Shown: positions 53,395 to 64,000, counted from the stretch's first letter. The stretch is DNA of 64,000 bases from an uncultured Gemmataceae bacterium (GCA_963750165.1 CAVVPN010000003.1:2656001-2720000); one strand, 5' to 3'. Program-made: numbers and translations. The notes: a model not told the origin generated them from the sequence alone.

Positions 53395-54569
53395 TCAGAA
53401 GCCCGGGGAAACCGCCAGCGTGGGAGAGGCCACCAGGGGAAGGGATCGAGATCCGCGCAACTGGCGCCGCACGGCCTCGGCCACGTGATCGACGCCAATC
53501 AGGTCCATGCAGTTCGGGATGAAGTCGCAGCGCTCCTTGTAACATCCCAGGCAGTCCATCTCGGGCACGACCTTTTCCCCAAGCCCGTAGAGTTCGATTT
53601 CGTGGGCGCTGGTAGGCCCGAACAGGACCACCGTGCGCCGGCCCGTCGCCAGGGCGATGTGCATCGCCAGGGTGTCCCCCGAGACGACGACATCGCAGCA
53701 CGCGGTCAGGGCCGCGAAGTGGCGCACGTCGTTGTCGTTGCCGGCGTCGAAGACGGGCACTGCCGACCGGGCCGTCAGAAAAGCGTGCCGGTCGCGCTCG
53801 GCCTTGCCGCCCAGCAGCAGCACCTGACCGCCCATGTCCCGGTGAACCCGCTCCGCCAGTTCGAGGAAGCCCTCCAGCCGCCACTGCTTGAGCTCCCAGC
53901 GGCCGCCCGCCCCGGTGTTGAACCCGATCAGCGGCACGCCCGGCTCGACCCCCAGGCGTTCCAGGTGGTCGCGCGCCGCGCCCGCTCCTCGTCGGTCAGG
54001 TGCAGGACATAGTGGCACTTCTCGTGTGGCAGACCGAGGATCTCGGCCATGATGCTCTGGTAGCCGCGCGTGTTCTGACGCTTGAGGTCGTCGAAGACGC
54101 CCATCTCCAGCCAAGCCCGGGCGGCGGCGTTGGTGGGCAGGACATGGCCCGACTCGTGCAGGATGTAGCCGTCCTTGCGGGTGGACCGCGCCGCCGTGGC
54201 CAGGCCGGCGCTGACCTTGCCCGCGTCCAGGTTGATGACCCGGTCGAATTTGCGGGTCAACAGGTGGATCAGCGAATCCGGCCCGTACGCCACCACTTCC
54301 GCCAGATAGGGGTTCTTCTCCAGCAGCGGTTTGGCCTCCGGCCGCGTCACCCAGGTGATGGCCGCTCCGGCGTGGGCCTCCGCCAGTGCCGGCAGCAGGG
54401 CCGTCGTCCGCAGCACGTCCCCCATGGCGTCGAGCTTGACGATCAACACCTGCTCGCGAACCGGTTCGTAATAATCGCACTTGCAGATGACCCGCTCGTC
54501 CTGCTTGTGGAAGCGGCAGGGGCGGTCACCCTGGAAGTGTCGGCAGTCGAAGGCCAACTCACGCGACAT
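53395..54569 (-). CDS. GT9 heptosyltransferase-like protein, apparent frameshift near 53970
   Basis: KLDAMGDVLRTT, KQW, SGDTLAMHIA, LFGPT. Confidence 0.9.
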
Positions 54570-54681
54570 GGTGGGAAACTCACTCAGGTAGTGGGCAGTG
54601 TCTGTTCGAGGGCACCGGGGCAGGGGGAGAGTGACCCCAGAGGCAGTCCGTTTCGCTTGCAACGGAGAGTTTTTCATGGAC

Positions 54682-54696
54682 GCATAAAACATGCCA
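54682..54696 (-). promoter_or_regulatory. Sigma54-type -24/-12 promoter upstream of GT9 operon
   Basis: TGGCATGTTTTATGC (GG-N10-GC); TGT-N12-ACA at 54803-54820. Confidence 0.6.
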
Positions 54697-54845
54697 GAGA
54701 GCGTTCATACCCGGAAACCCGCTATTGCGGCCGTTCCCACCGGTTTTCGACCGCCTTCGGGCTCGGAACGGTCAATACGGCCCGTTTCCAGCCGCGCCGC
54801 ACTGTCCGGGCGAGTTGACACACTGGCAACCACTGTAACCCTCGG

Positions 54846-56755
54846 TTAACAGGCCGCCACGGTAGGGGCGGCCAGGTACCGTTCCGCCCAGCGTGCCAGC
54901 ACGAGCAGGCTCCACAGCACGTCGCCGTGCCGGCCGAGGCCCGACCGGTGGGCGCGGTACAACTTCCCGGCCAGTTCCTGGTTGACCAGCGCGGCCACGC
55001 GCGCGCCCGGAGACAGCACGGCATCCTCGAACATTTCGCGCAGCGGCCCGGCCAGCCAGGTGTTGATGGGGATCTCGAAGCCGTGCTTGGGCCGGTTCGT
55101 CACCGCCGGCGGCAAGCGATCCTTGAACGCCTGCTTGAACACCCACTTGGTTTCGCCGCGATGCACCTTCCAGCGCGACGGGATACGGGCGGCCAGTTCC
55201 AGCAGCTCGTGGTCCAGGAACGGCGGCCGCACCTCCAGCCCATTGGCCATGCTGGCGCGATCGACCTTCACCAAAAAGTCATCCGGCAACAGCATGCCCA
55301 CATCCGCGGCGATCATGCCGGCCAGGGGGTCGCGCGGCGGCGCAGTGGCGAACGCCTCCCGGACGATGGCGCCAGGATCACGGCCGTTCAGGGTCGCGGC
55401 CAGGTCCGGGGCCAGCAACCGACGGCGGAGCGGCGGCCGGCACAGGGAGATGGTGTTGGCGTAGGCGGGGCCGGGCTCCAGTGCCAGGTTGGTCAGCAGC
55501 GTCCGCGCCCGCAGACGCCGCGGCAGCCAGTCGGCCTTGGGCCAGACCTGGGCCAGCGGCCCAACCGCCAGTCGTCGGAACCAACCCGGCAGCCAGTCGC
55601 GCAGCGCCGCCTCCTTGAGGTCGTGGGCGTAGCGCGCGTAGCCGCCGAACGCCTCGTCGCCGCCGTCGCCGGACAGCACCACCTTGACATTCCGGCTCGC
55701 CAGCCGCGACACCAGGAAGGTCGGGATGGCCGAGGAGTCCGCGAACGGCTCGTCGTAATACCGGCTCAGGTCGTCGAGCAACTCGGCCGCGTCGGGCGTC
55801 ACCACTTCCTCATGGTGACTGGTGCCGAAGCGCTTGGCCACTTCCCGGGCGTAGGGCAGTTCGCTGAACGCCTCGTCCGCGAAGCCCATCGAGAACGTTT
55901 GCAGCGGCCCCCGGGTCAGGCCGGCGCTGGACGCCACCACGACGCTGGAGTCCAGGCCGCCGCTGAGGAACGCCCCCACCGGCACGTCGGCGATCAGGTG
56001 CAATCGCACCGTCTCCGCTACCTTGCGCGCAGGGCCTCCTGCCACTCCTCCGGCGTGGTCCGCTCGTCCGGCTCGATCCGCAGCTGCCAGTAGCGGCGCG
56101 GCGGGCAGTCGAAGCGCCCCGCCTGGAGCGACAGCACGTGGGCCGGAGGCAATTTCTCGATGTGCTGGAAGATCGACCGGGCGCCTGGGACGACGCCGAA
56201 GGTGAAGTAATCCTCCAGGCCAGCCGGGTCGAGGCCGGTCTGCACGCCGGGGTGGGCCAGGATCGCCTTCAATTCCGAGCCGAACAGCACCTTCTCGGCG
56301 TCGCGGTAGAGGTAGAGCGGCTTGATGCCGAGACGGTCGCGGGCCAGGAGCAGTTGCCGGCGGCGGCGGTCCCACAGCGCGAAGGCGAACATGCCCCGCA
56401 GCCGTTCGACGAGCCGGTCACCTTCTTCCTCGTACAGGTGGACGAGCACCTCGGTGTCGCTGTGCGTGCGGAAGCGGTGGCCCTTGCCTTCGAGCCAGGC
56501 ACGCAACTCCTGAAAGTTGTAAATCTCGCCGTTGAAGATGACCTGGAGCGAGTCGTCCTCGTTGGCGATGGGCTGGTCGCCGCCGGCGAGGTCGATGATC
56601 GACAGCCGCCGATGGACCAGGCCGATCCCCGGCTCGCTCCAGAAACCCGCAGCGTCGGGGCCGCGGTGGGCGATGCTGGCGCTCATCCGCCGCAGCGCGG
56701 CGCGGTCCACGGGGTGTGCAGGGTCAGCGTACAGGACGCCTGCGATTCCACACAT
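54846..56755 (-). CDS. asnB: Asparagine synthase (glutamine-hydrolysing)-like amidotransferase, apparent frameshift near 56025
   Basis: MCGIAG, HRGPD, FNGEIYN, LSGGLDSS, SGDGGDE, KVDRASM. Confidence 0.93.
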
Positions 56756-56789
56756 GCTCGGCTTCCCTTCGGGGAGAAGATAACCTTGT

Positions 56790-56853
56790 GGGTCGGAGCC
56801 CGAGCGCCAGCGCGGGGCAGACTTGGCCCCGCGCTGGCGCTCGGGCTCCGACC
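56790..56853. repeat. REP-like hairpin (family of 26728 and 49184)
   Basis: GGTCGGAGCCCGAGCGCCAGCGCGGGGC...GCCCCGCGCTGGCGCTCGGGCTCCGACC. Confidence 0.85.
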
Positions 56854-56858
56854 ATAGT

Positions 56859-57464
56859 TCAACCGGCCGGGGCGGCCTGGGGTTGGTTGCGGTAGCGGAC
56901 CACCCGCGCAGGGGAGCCGACGGCGATGGCGTAGTCGGGGATCGGCCGCGTGACCACCGAACCGGCGCCGATCACGCAATGTTTGCCCACGTCGGCCATG
57001 ATGATGGCGCGGTCGCCGACCCAGGTGTCGCGACCGATGGTGACGTGCGGGAACACGCCGGGCTGCTCCCGCACCGGGATGTCCAGCCGTTCGATGCCGT
57101 GCTGGGCGTTGCCGTTGGTGATCGAAATATGCGAGCCCAGGAGCACGTCATCCTCCAGGGTCACCTCTCCCAGACAGCAGAACAACCCGATGTAGACGTT
57201 CCGCCCCACGACATTGCCGGGATGCGAGAAGACGACGCCGAAACAGATGCAGGAGCCGCGGCCGCAGGGGAACACAAATTGGTAGAAGGCCCGACGCAGG
57301 TAGACGCCCCAGGTGCCGGGCAACAGACTGAACGCCTGCGTCCAGGCCGGGAACGCTCGCCTGGCGCCGCAGAGCAGCCGGGCGGTGTGGTACGCCAGCG
57401 CCGCGGGCAGGACCAGCAGGGTGGCCGACAGTTCCGCGAGCCGTTTCAACAATGCTTTCATCAC
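56859..57464 (-). CDS. Hexapeptide-repeat acyltransferase
   Basis: VTIGRDTWVG, VIGAGSVVT, GSPAR. Confidence 0.9.
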   Translation of the reverse strand: MMKALLKRLAELSATLLVLPAALAYHTARLLCGARRAFPAWTQAFSLLPGTWGVYLRRAFYQFVFPCGRGSCICFGVVFSHPGNVVGRNVYIGLFCCLGEVTLEDDVLLGSHISITNGNAQHGIERLDIPVREQPGVFPHVTIGRDTWVGDRAIIMADVGKHCVIGAGSVVTRPIPDYAIAVGSPARVVRYRNQPQAAPAG

Positions 57465-57521
57465 GAGGACAATTTATTGGTGTCGCAGGGAGCCGGTCCA
57501 GAGAGTACCGCGTCGGCCTGG

Positions 57522-57537
57522 TGCAAAAATGAGGCCG
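57522..57537 (-). promoter_or_regulatory. Sigma54-type promoter upstream of acyltransferase-asnB
   Basis: CGGCCTCATTTTTGCA (GG-N10-GC). Confidence 0.55.
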
Positions 57538-57717
57538 GCCGCTGTCTTTTCCGGGAAAACACGCCTATTCCCCAGCTTCTCATCATATTCTAGCCTTTTT
57601 CGAGGTCGAAAACCGGCTTGAGGCAGGCCGCCCCTCAGGAACGCCCCGCAACAGCACCAGACCGCCACGCCGCGACGAGCACCAGGTTGTCACTCCCTGT
57701 AACCGTCCACTTTTTCC

Positions 57718-57735
57718 TGTCAACAGCGGTTTACA
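57718..57735. promoter_or_regulatory. Putative enhancer (bEBP binding) palindrome
   Basis: TGTCAA-N6-TTTACA, 115 bp upstream of the sigma54 site at 57850. Confidence 0.5.
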
Positions 57736-57849
57736 GAAGTGGGGACCATGAGGATGTCGTGCGGAAGGTCGCGTGGACATTCCAGCCTAACACCTTTCAA
57801 GACATCGAGCTGCGGCGAGCCAGAAAAACCACGAGGCCCCGCACCGGAC

Positions 57850-57865
57850 TGGCCTGAAGTTTGCA
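57850..57865 (+). promoter_or_regulatory. Sigma54-type promoter upstream of exosortase operon
   Basis: TGGCCTGAAGTTTGCA (GG-N10-GC, TTGCA). Confidence 0.65.
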
Positions 57866-58075
57866 ATAGAAGGGGATCGTGGATAAAAATGTTTACTGTC
57901 CGAAATGACCTCCACCCCAACCCAGACGAGTACACGTAAAACTCCGTGGTGAACTCGCCAACACAGCCTGCGCCCGAACGCGAAGTATATTTTACCGCCG
58001 GTTCCTCCGCAGGATAGCGCGACCGATCTCTCCACGAAGCCCAGGGGGCGAAGCCAAGAACCTTCGCCGTGCATC

Positions 58076-58981
58076 ATGTTCCGCTGGACGCGACCATCGA
58101 TCCTGATCGGCCTGATCTTGTTCGGGGCGCTCTCCCTGTGGGCGTACTGGCCGACGCTGGAAGAGGTCGCGGAGAAGTGGGCGACCCACGCGATGTACTC
58201 GCACGGCTACCTGGTGCCCGCGTTCTCCCTGTTCCTGCTGTACTTCCGCCGGCAAAAACTCGAAGGTGTCACGCCCCAGCCGAACCCGTGGGGCCTGCCG
58301 GTACTGGTGGTTGGCGTCGCGCTGCACCTGGCCGGCACCTACTACTACTTCGACTATATCAGCGCGCTCTCGCTGCTGCCGGTGCTCGCCGGCCTGGCCC
58401 TGTGCCTCGGCGGCCTGCGGGTGCTCGCCTGGACCTGGCCGTCCGTCGCTTTCCTGGCTTTCATGCTGCCCCTGCCCCACCAGCTGGAAGTGGCCCTGGG
58501 CTCCTCGCTCCAGCGGCTGGCCACGGTCTGCAGCACGTTCCTGTTGCAAACCATCGGCTTCGCGGCCGTCTCGGAGGGCAATACCATCATCATGGAGGAG
58601 GCCCGGGTCGGCGTCGTCGAGGCCTGCAACGGCCTGGGCATGCTGCTGTTGTTCTTTGCCATGACGACCGGCACGGCCATCGTCGTGCGGCGGCCCCTGC
58701 TGGACCGGCTGGTGATCGTCCTCAGTGCCGTGCCGATTTCTCTGCTGGCCAACATCATCCGCATCACCATCACAGCGATGCTGGCGGAATGGCTTGGGGG
58801 CTCGACCGCCGACCTGCTCGCCCACTACTGGGGCGGTTGGCTCATGATGCCCCTGGCCCTGGTCATGCTCTGGGTGGAAGTGAAGATCCTCGACCGGCTG
58901 CTGGTCGAGCGGCTCCCCGAAAAGCAGCTGGAGTTTACCTTGACCGTCCCCGGCCCCACGGAACACGCCGGGGTTTCCTGA
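58076..58981 (+). CDS. Exosortase family protein
   Basis: YSHGYLVP, VVEACNGL (Cys), ANIIRI (Arg), H; multiple TM helices. Confidence 0.92.
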   Translation: MFRWTRPSILIGLILFGALSLWAYWPTLEEVAEKWATHAMYSHGYLVPAFSLFLLYFRRQKLEGVTPQPNPWGLPVLVVGVALHLAGTYYYFDYISALSLLPVLAGLALCLGGLRVLAWTWPSVAFLAFMLPLPHQLEVALGSSLQRLATVCSTFLLQTIGFAAVSEGNTIIMEEARVGVVEACNGLGMLLLFFAMTTGTAIVVRRPLLDRLVIVLSAVPISLLANIIRITITAMLAEWLGGSTADLLAHYWGGWLMMPLALVMLWVEVKILDRLLVERLPEKQLEFTLTVPGPTEHAGVS

Positions 58982-59088
58982 CGCGAATGTGGAGATCAAC
59001 CCTCCTGCCCCGGCGGCCCAGGTCACCCGGCAGGATCTCTGGATAGATGCGTCGGTGCGGCACCCCCAAACCGACAACGGAGCGCTTC

Positions 59089-61422
59089 ATGTTTGACCCA
59101 AACGCTCAGCCCGTCGTCCCCCAGCCCCAGGTGGGGGCGCCCATCGAGTCGCCTGGCGGCGCGGTCGTCGTGCGCAAACTCAAGCCGCACGGCCCGCTCG
59201 CCGCCCCCCAGGCCGCCACCGGGACGGGGTTTAACGTCTTCGCTCTGCTGCGCGCCCTGCAGCGCCGTTGGCTGCTGGCCGTCTCCCTGGGCGTGCTCTT
59301 CGCCGGCAGCGTGGCCGGGGCGGTCTGGCACTTCTCACCGCCCCGCTTCACCGCGCGGACGATGATCCACGTCGCCGCCAACCGCCCGCACGTCCTGATG
59401 CAGATGGACCGCGTCAATGACTTCGCAAGTTACCAGCGCACCCAGATCGCGCTGGTGAAAAGCCGCCTGGTGCTCAACCGCGCCCTCAACAACCCCAACG
59501 TGGCGGCGCTGTCGGTCGTCAAGGAACATGTGGACCCCATTCTCTGGCTCGAAAAAGAGATCCAGGCCGACTTCCTCACCGCCCCAGAGGTTCTCAAGAT
59601 CTCCATGAACGGGGAAAAGGGCGAGGAGCTGAAGGTCGTGGTCGATGCGGTTCGCGAATCCTACGTGAAGGAGATCGTCAACAAGGAGTTCAACCAGCAA
59701 GAGATGCGCCTGACCAAGCTGCGCGAACTCTTTGCCGAGGCCGACAAGCAGTTGCAGGAAAAGCGCCGCGTCCTCAAGTCCATGTCCGAAGACCTTGGCT
59801 CCTCCAAGGATCCCAAGGTGATGGAGAAGACCCAGCTCATGGCCTTCCGCCAACTCGACGGCATTCAGGCGCAACTGCTCACCGTCCAGGCCAAACTGCG
59901 CCAGGCGCAGATGGAAGCGGTCGCGGCCCCGGCCCAGAAGAAGGACGGCAAGGACGGTAAGGGCGGCGAAGCGGCTCAGAAGGATTGGGCCGCCCTGCTG
60001 TTCCCGGCCCCCAAGGAAGAAGTGGACGACTTCCTCCCGCTGCCAGAGCACAAGATTCAGGAATGGATTGACAAGAACCCGAAGATCCAGGATCTCGAGA
60101 AGGAAATCGCCCGGCTGGACAGGATCGCCAAGCAGATCCACAAAAACGCCCACAACGCGGAAAAGGAACCCGTCTACAAGGCGGCGCTGGCCGCACAGGT
60201 GGTGGCCAAGAAGCACCTGGCCGACACGCGGGCCCAACTGCGTCAGGAGCTGGCCCAGAAGGTCCGCGGGGATGCCCACCCGGAGATCAAGGGCAGCAAT
60301 CAGTCCTACACCCAGAAACAGATCGCGGTGCTGGAAATGCAGGACAAGTGGCTGACGCAGGAGGTCAATAACTACCTGAAAAAGTTCCAGGGGCTGAGCA
60401 AGCGCCGCGTCGATGTGGAGTGGCTGCGCGACGAGATCACCCTGGCGGACGAGATCACCCGCAAGATGGCCAGTCAGCTGCAGATTCTGCAGGTGGAGCA
60501 GAAGGCTCCGGAACGGATCACCGTCATGGAGGAAGCGATCGTCCTGCCCGACCAGGACAGTCCGCTGAAGAAGGCCGGCATCGCCGGCGGCGCCATCTTC
60601 TTCCTGGTCCTGCTGGGCGTCGCTTTCCTGGAATACCGCACGCACAAGATCAACGGCGCCGACGATGTGGTCAACGGCCTGAAACTGCGACTGGTCGGCG
60701 CCATCCCCGCCCGGGTCAAGCGCGGCTGGGGCGGGCTCAACTCGCGGAAGAGCCAGGCCCGCTGGCAGCAGCGCCTCACCGAGTCCATCGACGCGACGCG
60801 CACCATGCTGCTGCACACCGCCAGCGTCGAACCGCTCCGCATCGTCATGGTGACCAGCGCCGTCGGCGGCGAAGGCAAAACCACCCTCTCGGCCCACTTG
60901 GCGGTCAGCCTGGCCCGCTCCGGCCGGCGGACGCTGCTCATCGACGGCGACCTGCGGCGGCCGTCGCTCCAGAAGCTGTTCAACCTGCCGCTGACGCCCG
61001 GCCTGAGCGAAATCCTCCGTGGCGAGACCGCCCTGGCGGCCGTCGTCCGCCCCGGCCCGGTCGAGGGGTTGTCGATCCTGACCGCCGGGCGCAGTGACCC
61101 CCTGGCCATCCAGGCCCTGTCGCGCAAGCCGCTGGAAGACCTCTTCCAGCTGGTCCGCGAGCAGTACGACTTCGTGATTGTGGACTCGGCGCCGGTGCTG
61201 CCGGTGGCCGACTCCCAGTTGCTCGCCCAGCACACGGACGCCGTGATTTTCTCGGTGCTCCGCGAGGTGAGCCGCCTGCCGCTGGTCTATGCCGCCTACG
61301 AGCGCCTCAAGATGCTGCGCACGCGCATCCTGGGGGCGGTGGTCAACGGCACCCAGGACAGCATCCACGGCGGCCATTACAGCTACGAGAGTAACACGCC
61401 CCCGGCCTCGGCCGCCTCCTGA
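59089..61422 (+). CDS. Polysaccharide biosynthesis tyrosine autokinase (Wzc-like)
   Basis: Two TM segments with coiled coil; VTSAVGGEGKTT, IDGDLRRP, IVDSAP, Tyr-containing tail. Confidence 0.92.
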   Translation: MFDPNAQPVVPQPQVGAPIESPGGAVVVRKLKPHGPLAAPQAATGTGFNVFALLRALQRRWLLAVSLGVLFAGSVAGAVWHFSPPRFTARTMIHVAANRPHVLMQMDRVNDFASYQRTQIALVKSRLVLNRALNNPNVAALSVVKEHVDPILWLEKEIQADFLTAPEVLKISMNGEKGEELKVVVDAVRESYVKEIVNKEFNQQEMRLTKLRELFAEADKQLQEKRRVLKSMSEDLGSSKDPKVMEKTQLMAFRQLDGIQAQLLTVQAKLRQAQMEAVAAPAQKKDGKDGKGGEAAQKDWAALLFPAPKEEVDDFLPLPEHKIQEWIDKNPKIQDLEKEIARLDRIAKQIHKNAHNAEKEPVYKAALAAQVVAKKHLADTRAQLRQELAQKVRGDAHPEIKGSNQSYTQKQIAVLEMQDKWLTQEVNNYLKKFQGLSKRRVDVEWLRDEITLADEITRKMASQLQILQVEQKAPERITVMEEAIVLPDQDSPLKKAGIAGGAIFFLVLLGVAFLEYRTHKINGADDVVNGLKLRLVGAIPARVKRGWGGLNSRKSQARWQQRLTESIDATRTMLLHTASVEPLRIVMVTSAVGGEGKTTLSAHLAVSLARSGRRTLLIDGDLRRPSLQKLFNLPLTPGLSEILRGETALAAVVRPGPVEGLSILTAGRSDPLAIQALSRKPLEDLFQLVREQYDFVIVDSAPVLPVADSQLLAQHTDAVIFSVLREVSRLPLVYAAYERLKMLRTRILGAVVNGTQDSIHGGHYSYESNTPPASAAS

Positions 61423-61436
61423 GCGACGGAGACGTT

Positions 61437-62087
61437 ATGTTGCGAGTGTTTCTCCTGCTGGCGGCCGGCCTCTTGCTGGCGGCCGATGGTCTGGTCGGCG
61501 GCCTGTGGACGAACCGCTGGCAGACCTCCCCGGAACTGGCCGCCGCGGTGGCCCGGATGGACAAGGTGCCCATGAACTTCGGCGCCTGGCGCGGCAAGGA
61601 GGGCCCCGACGTGGAGGACTGGGCAGTCAGAGGGTCGCGGATTTCCGGCTTCGCCGCACGCCGCTACGAGCGCCGTGACGGCAGCGTGGTGAACGTCCTG
61701 CTGGTCTGCGGCCGTCCGGGCCCCATGTCGGTTCACACGCCCGAAGTCTGCTACCGCGGCGTGGGTTACCAGATTCTCAGCGGCCCCGACCACTGGCCCC
61801 TGAAGGCCGCCCCGGGCGGGATGGACGCGGAGTTGTGGAAGATCAAGGTCGGGAAACCCGACGCCGCCACGCCCATGCAGATGTCCGTGCTGTGGTCCTG
61901 GACCACCGACGGCACCTGGCAGACGCCGAATTCGCCACGCTTCACGTTCGCCGGCAAGCCCGTGCTGTACAAACTGTACGTGACGCACGAGATCGTCAAC
62001 GGCGACAAGAAAGCCGACGAAGTGTGTCGCGAATTCCTCCGAGACTTCTTGCCGGAACTCAACCCGGTGCTGTTCCGCAAGCGCTGA
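61437..62087 (+). CDS. Exosortase-associated EpsI family protein
   Basis: N-terminal TM; HTPEVCYRGVG; LYKLYV. Confidence 0.85.
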   Translation: MLRVFLLLAAGLLLAADGLVGGLWTNRWQTSPELAAAVARMDKVPMNFGAWRGKEGPDVEDWAVRGSRISGFAARRYERRDGSVVNVLLVCGRPGPMSVHTPEVCYRGVGYQILSGPDHWPLKAAPGGMDAELWKIKVGKPDAATPMQMSVLWSWTTDGTWQTPNSPRFTFAGKPVLYKLYVTHEIVNGDKKADEVCREFLRDFLPELNPVLFRKR

Positions 62088-62155
62088 ACTCTCCAAGGTC
62101 TGACTCGTTCATTGACATGCGCGGTGCCTAACTTTTTCCGCATAAGGTGTTCTGG

Positions 62156-62941
62156 ATGCTTACCAACAGTGACTCGCACCCTACCCCCCCCCTGGTGATC
62201 CGGTTGGAGCACCCGCGGCGCCATCCAGCGGTCCCGCAGCGCCCGGAGGGGTGGTATCACTCCGTGAAGGCCGTGCTGGATTTCGGCTGCGCCCTGGCCC
62301 TGCTCGTGCTGGCGGCGCCGCTCATCCTGCTGGCGGCGCTGGCGGTCAAGTTGACCTCACGGGGGCCGGTGTTTTACTCGCAGGTGCGTTTGGGGCGCGG
62401 CGGTCGGCCGTATACCATTCACAAGATTCGCACCATGCGGCACGACTGCGAGAAGCACACCGGCGCGCGCTGGAGCACTCCGGGCGACAACCGCATCACC
62501 CCCGTCGGCCGCTTTCTGCGCAAGACGCACATTGATGAGCTGCCGCAGTTGTGGAACGTCCTGCGGGGCGAGATGAGCCTGGTGGGGCCGCGGCCCGAGC
62601 GCCCGGAGTTTGTGCCGCGCCTCGAAGAAGCCATCCCGCGCTACCGCGAACGACTCCTGGTCCGCCCCGGCCTGTCCGGCCTGGCCCAGGTGCAGCTGCC
62701 GCCCGACAGCGACCTCGACAGCGTGCGCCGCAAGCTGGCCTACGACCTATACTATGTGGAACGGGTGGGCTTCTGGCTCGACCTGCGCATCCTGCTCGGC
62801 ACGGCCCTGTACGCCCTGAGCCTGCCCGCCACGGTGGCGCGCGTGTTGTTCGGCCTGCCGGGCGGCCGGGTCGTCGAGGAGGCGTACGAAAGTACGGCGG
62901 CACCGGTCCCCGAGCCGACCCCCGAACTCCAACCAGCTTGA
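62156..62941 (+). CDS. Priming sugar transferase (WcaJ/WbaP-like)
   Basis: [41 protein letters not shown]. Confidence 0.93.
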   Translation: MLTNSDSHPTPPLVIRLEHPRRHPAVPQRPEGWYHSVKAVLDFGCALALLVLAAPLILLAALAVKLTSRGPVFYSQVRLGRGGRPYTIHKIRTMRHDCEKHTGARWSTPGDNRITPVGRFLRKTHIDELPQLWNVLRGEMSLVGPRPERPEFVPRLEEAIPRYRERLLVRPGLSGLAQVQLPPDSDLDSVRRKLAYDLYYVERVGFWLDLRILLGTALYALSLPATVARVLFGLPGGRVVEEAYESTAAPVPEPTPELQPA

Positions 62942-62963
62942 ACTCGCTGGGGCCTTCCGACGC

Positions 62964-64000
62964 ATGGATTCCTCGATTACCTCCGGCGACGGCCCGGAAC
63001 TGCTGTACCTGGTCCACCGCTTCCCCTATCCACCCGACAAGGGGGACCGCATCCGGGCCTTCCAGTTGCTCCGCTACCTCTGCCGCCGTGCCCGCGTCCA
63101 CCTGGCCTGCCTGGCGGACGAGCCGGTGGACCCCGAGGCCCGCGCTACCCTGGAGCGCTTCTGCGTGCGCCTGGCGGTCCAGCCCACCGGCGGTGTGCTG
63201 CGCTGGGCGAATAGCCTTCACTCCCTGGCGACCGGCCGAACCGCCACCGAGGGCGCGTTCCGGTCGCGCGGCCTGGAGGCCACCTTGCTGGATTGGGCCC
63301 GGCAGACTCGCTTTCACACCGTGCTGACCTCCGCCTCCAGCATGGTGCCGTATCTCCGCCTGCCGGGGTTGCGCGACGTGCCCGCGGTCGTGGACCTGGT
63401 GGACGTGGACAGCCAGAAATGGCTCGACTACGCCGCCGCCGACCGGCCGCCGCGGTCCTGGCTCTACCGCCTGGAAGGCCAGCGCCTGCGCCACCTGGAA
63501 CAGGACTTGCCGGCCCAGGTCCGGGCGGTGGCACTGGTCACCCAGGCCGAGGCCGCCCTGTACGAGCAGTTCTGCGCTCCGGGCCGGGTGCAGGTCGTCG
63601 GTAACGGCGTGGACCTGGACTACTTCCAGCCCCAGGATGTGGCCGAGGAACGGCGCTGCGTCTTTGTGGGCGCGATGGACTATCGGCCCAACGTGGAAGG
63701 CGCGTGCTGGTTCGCCCACGAAGTCTGGCCGGCGCTCCACCACCGCCACCCGGACGCTCGCTTCGCCCTGGTGGGCCGCAGCCCCACGCCTGCCGTGCGG
63801 CGCCTGGCGGAGTTGCCCGGCGTCGAGGTGGTGGGCCCGGTCCCGGACGTGCGCCCCCACCTGGCCCGGGCGGCCGTTGCGGTCGTACCGTTGCACATCG
63901 CCCGCGGTTTGCAGAACAAGGTGCTGGAGGCACTGTCGATGGGCAAGGCGGTCGTGGTCTCGCCGCAGGCGATTCAGGGCCTCCAGACCCAGCCCGGCCG
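62964..64000 (+). CDS. TIGR03087-type GT4 glycosyltransferase (runs off window)
   Basis: Manual translation: HRFPYPPDKGDRIR, DLVDVDSQKW, FVGAMDYRPN, ARGLQNKVLEAL. Confidence 0.9.
   Translation, partial: MDSSITSGDGPELLYLVHRFPYPPDKGDRIRAFQLLRYLCRRARVHLACLADEPVDPEARATLERFCVRLAVQPTGGVLRWANSLHSLATGRTATEGAFRSRGLEATLLDWARQTRFHTVLTSASSMVPYLRLPGLRDVPAVVDLVDVDSQKWLDYAAADRPPRSWLYRLEGQRLRHLEQDLPAQVRAVALVTQAEAALYEQFCAPGRVQVVGNGVDLDYFQPQDVAEERRCVFVGAMDYRPNVEGACWFAHEVWPALHHRHPDARFALVGRSPTPAVRRLAELPGVEVVGPVPDVRPHLARAAVAVVPLHIARGLQNKVLEALSMGKAVVVSPQAIQGLQTQPG

Noticed and set aside
781..56755. Frameshifts in about 14 genes read as mass pseudogenisation or programmed recoding
   Set aside because: They are single-base shifts, often in homopolymer or GC runs, in otherwise intact genes of unrelated function with no nonsense decay; sequencing error is the simplest explanation
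3717..61377. Long antisense or alternate-frame ORFs (e.g. 3717..6293, 13244..16408, 15439..17247, 44504..46855, 59335..61377)
   Set aside because: Arg/Gly/Pro-rich shadows of real genes, expected in high-GC DNA; no recognisable motifs

Overview
GC-rich bacterial DNA whose gene content points to a planctomycete, probably Gemmataceae-like (inference from repeated DUF1549/DUF1553-DUF1501 and DUF1592-DUF1552 clusters, an LExLEDR-motif secreted protein and an H4MPT-type pterin gene). About 14 otherwise intact genes carry apparent single-base frameshifts, most likely uncorrected long-read errors. From left to right: DUF1553/DUF1501 clusters with inserted nuclease-like genes (Uma2; an Rpn-like gene with an internal start); a large secreted repeat protein; a putative two-gene conflict module (small hydrophobic protein plus a CHAT protease-NTPase-TPR protein); a low-GC island (ISAzo13-disrupted ParB-like gene plus SF2 helicase) inside a DUF1592-DUF1552-ankyrin cluster; mcsA-mcsA-mcsB; and an exosortase/EPS/ADP-heptose locus with three sigma54-type promoters. 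Intergenic DNA is rich in REP-like hairpins, a 190-bp MITE, a six-copy 50-bp repeat and a three-copy 220-375 bp element carrying the 3' end of a homocysteine S-methyltransferase gene. No rRNA, tRNA or CRISPR array was seen. All family assignments come from motif recognition by eye, not database searches.
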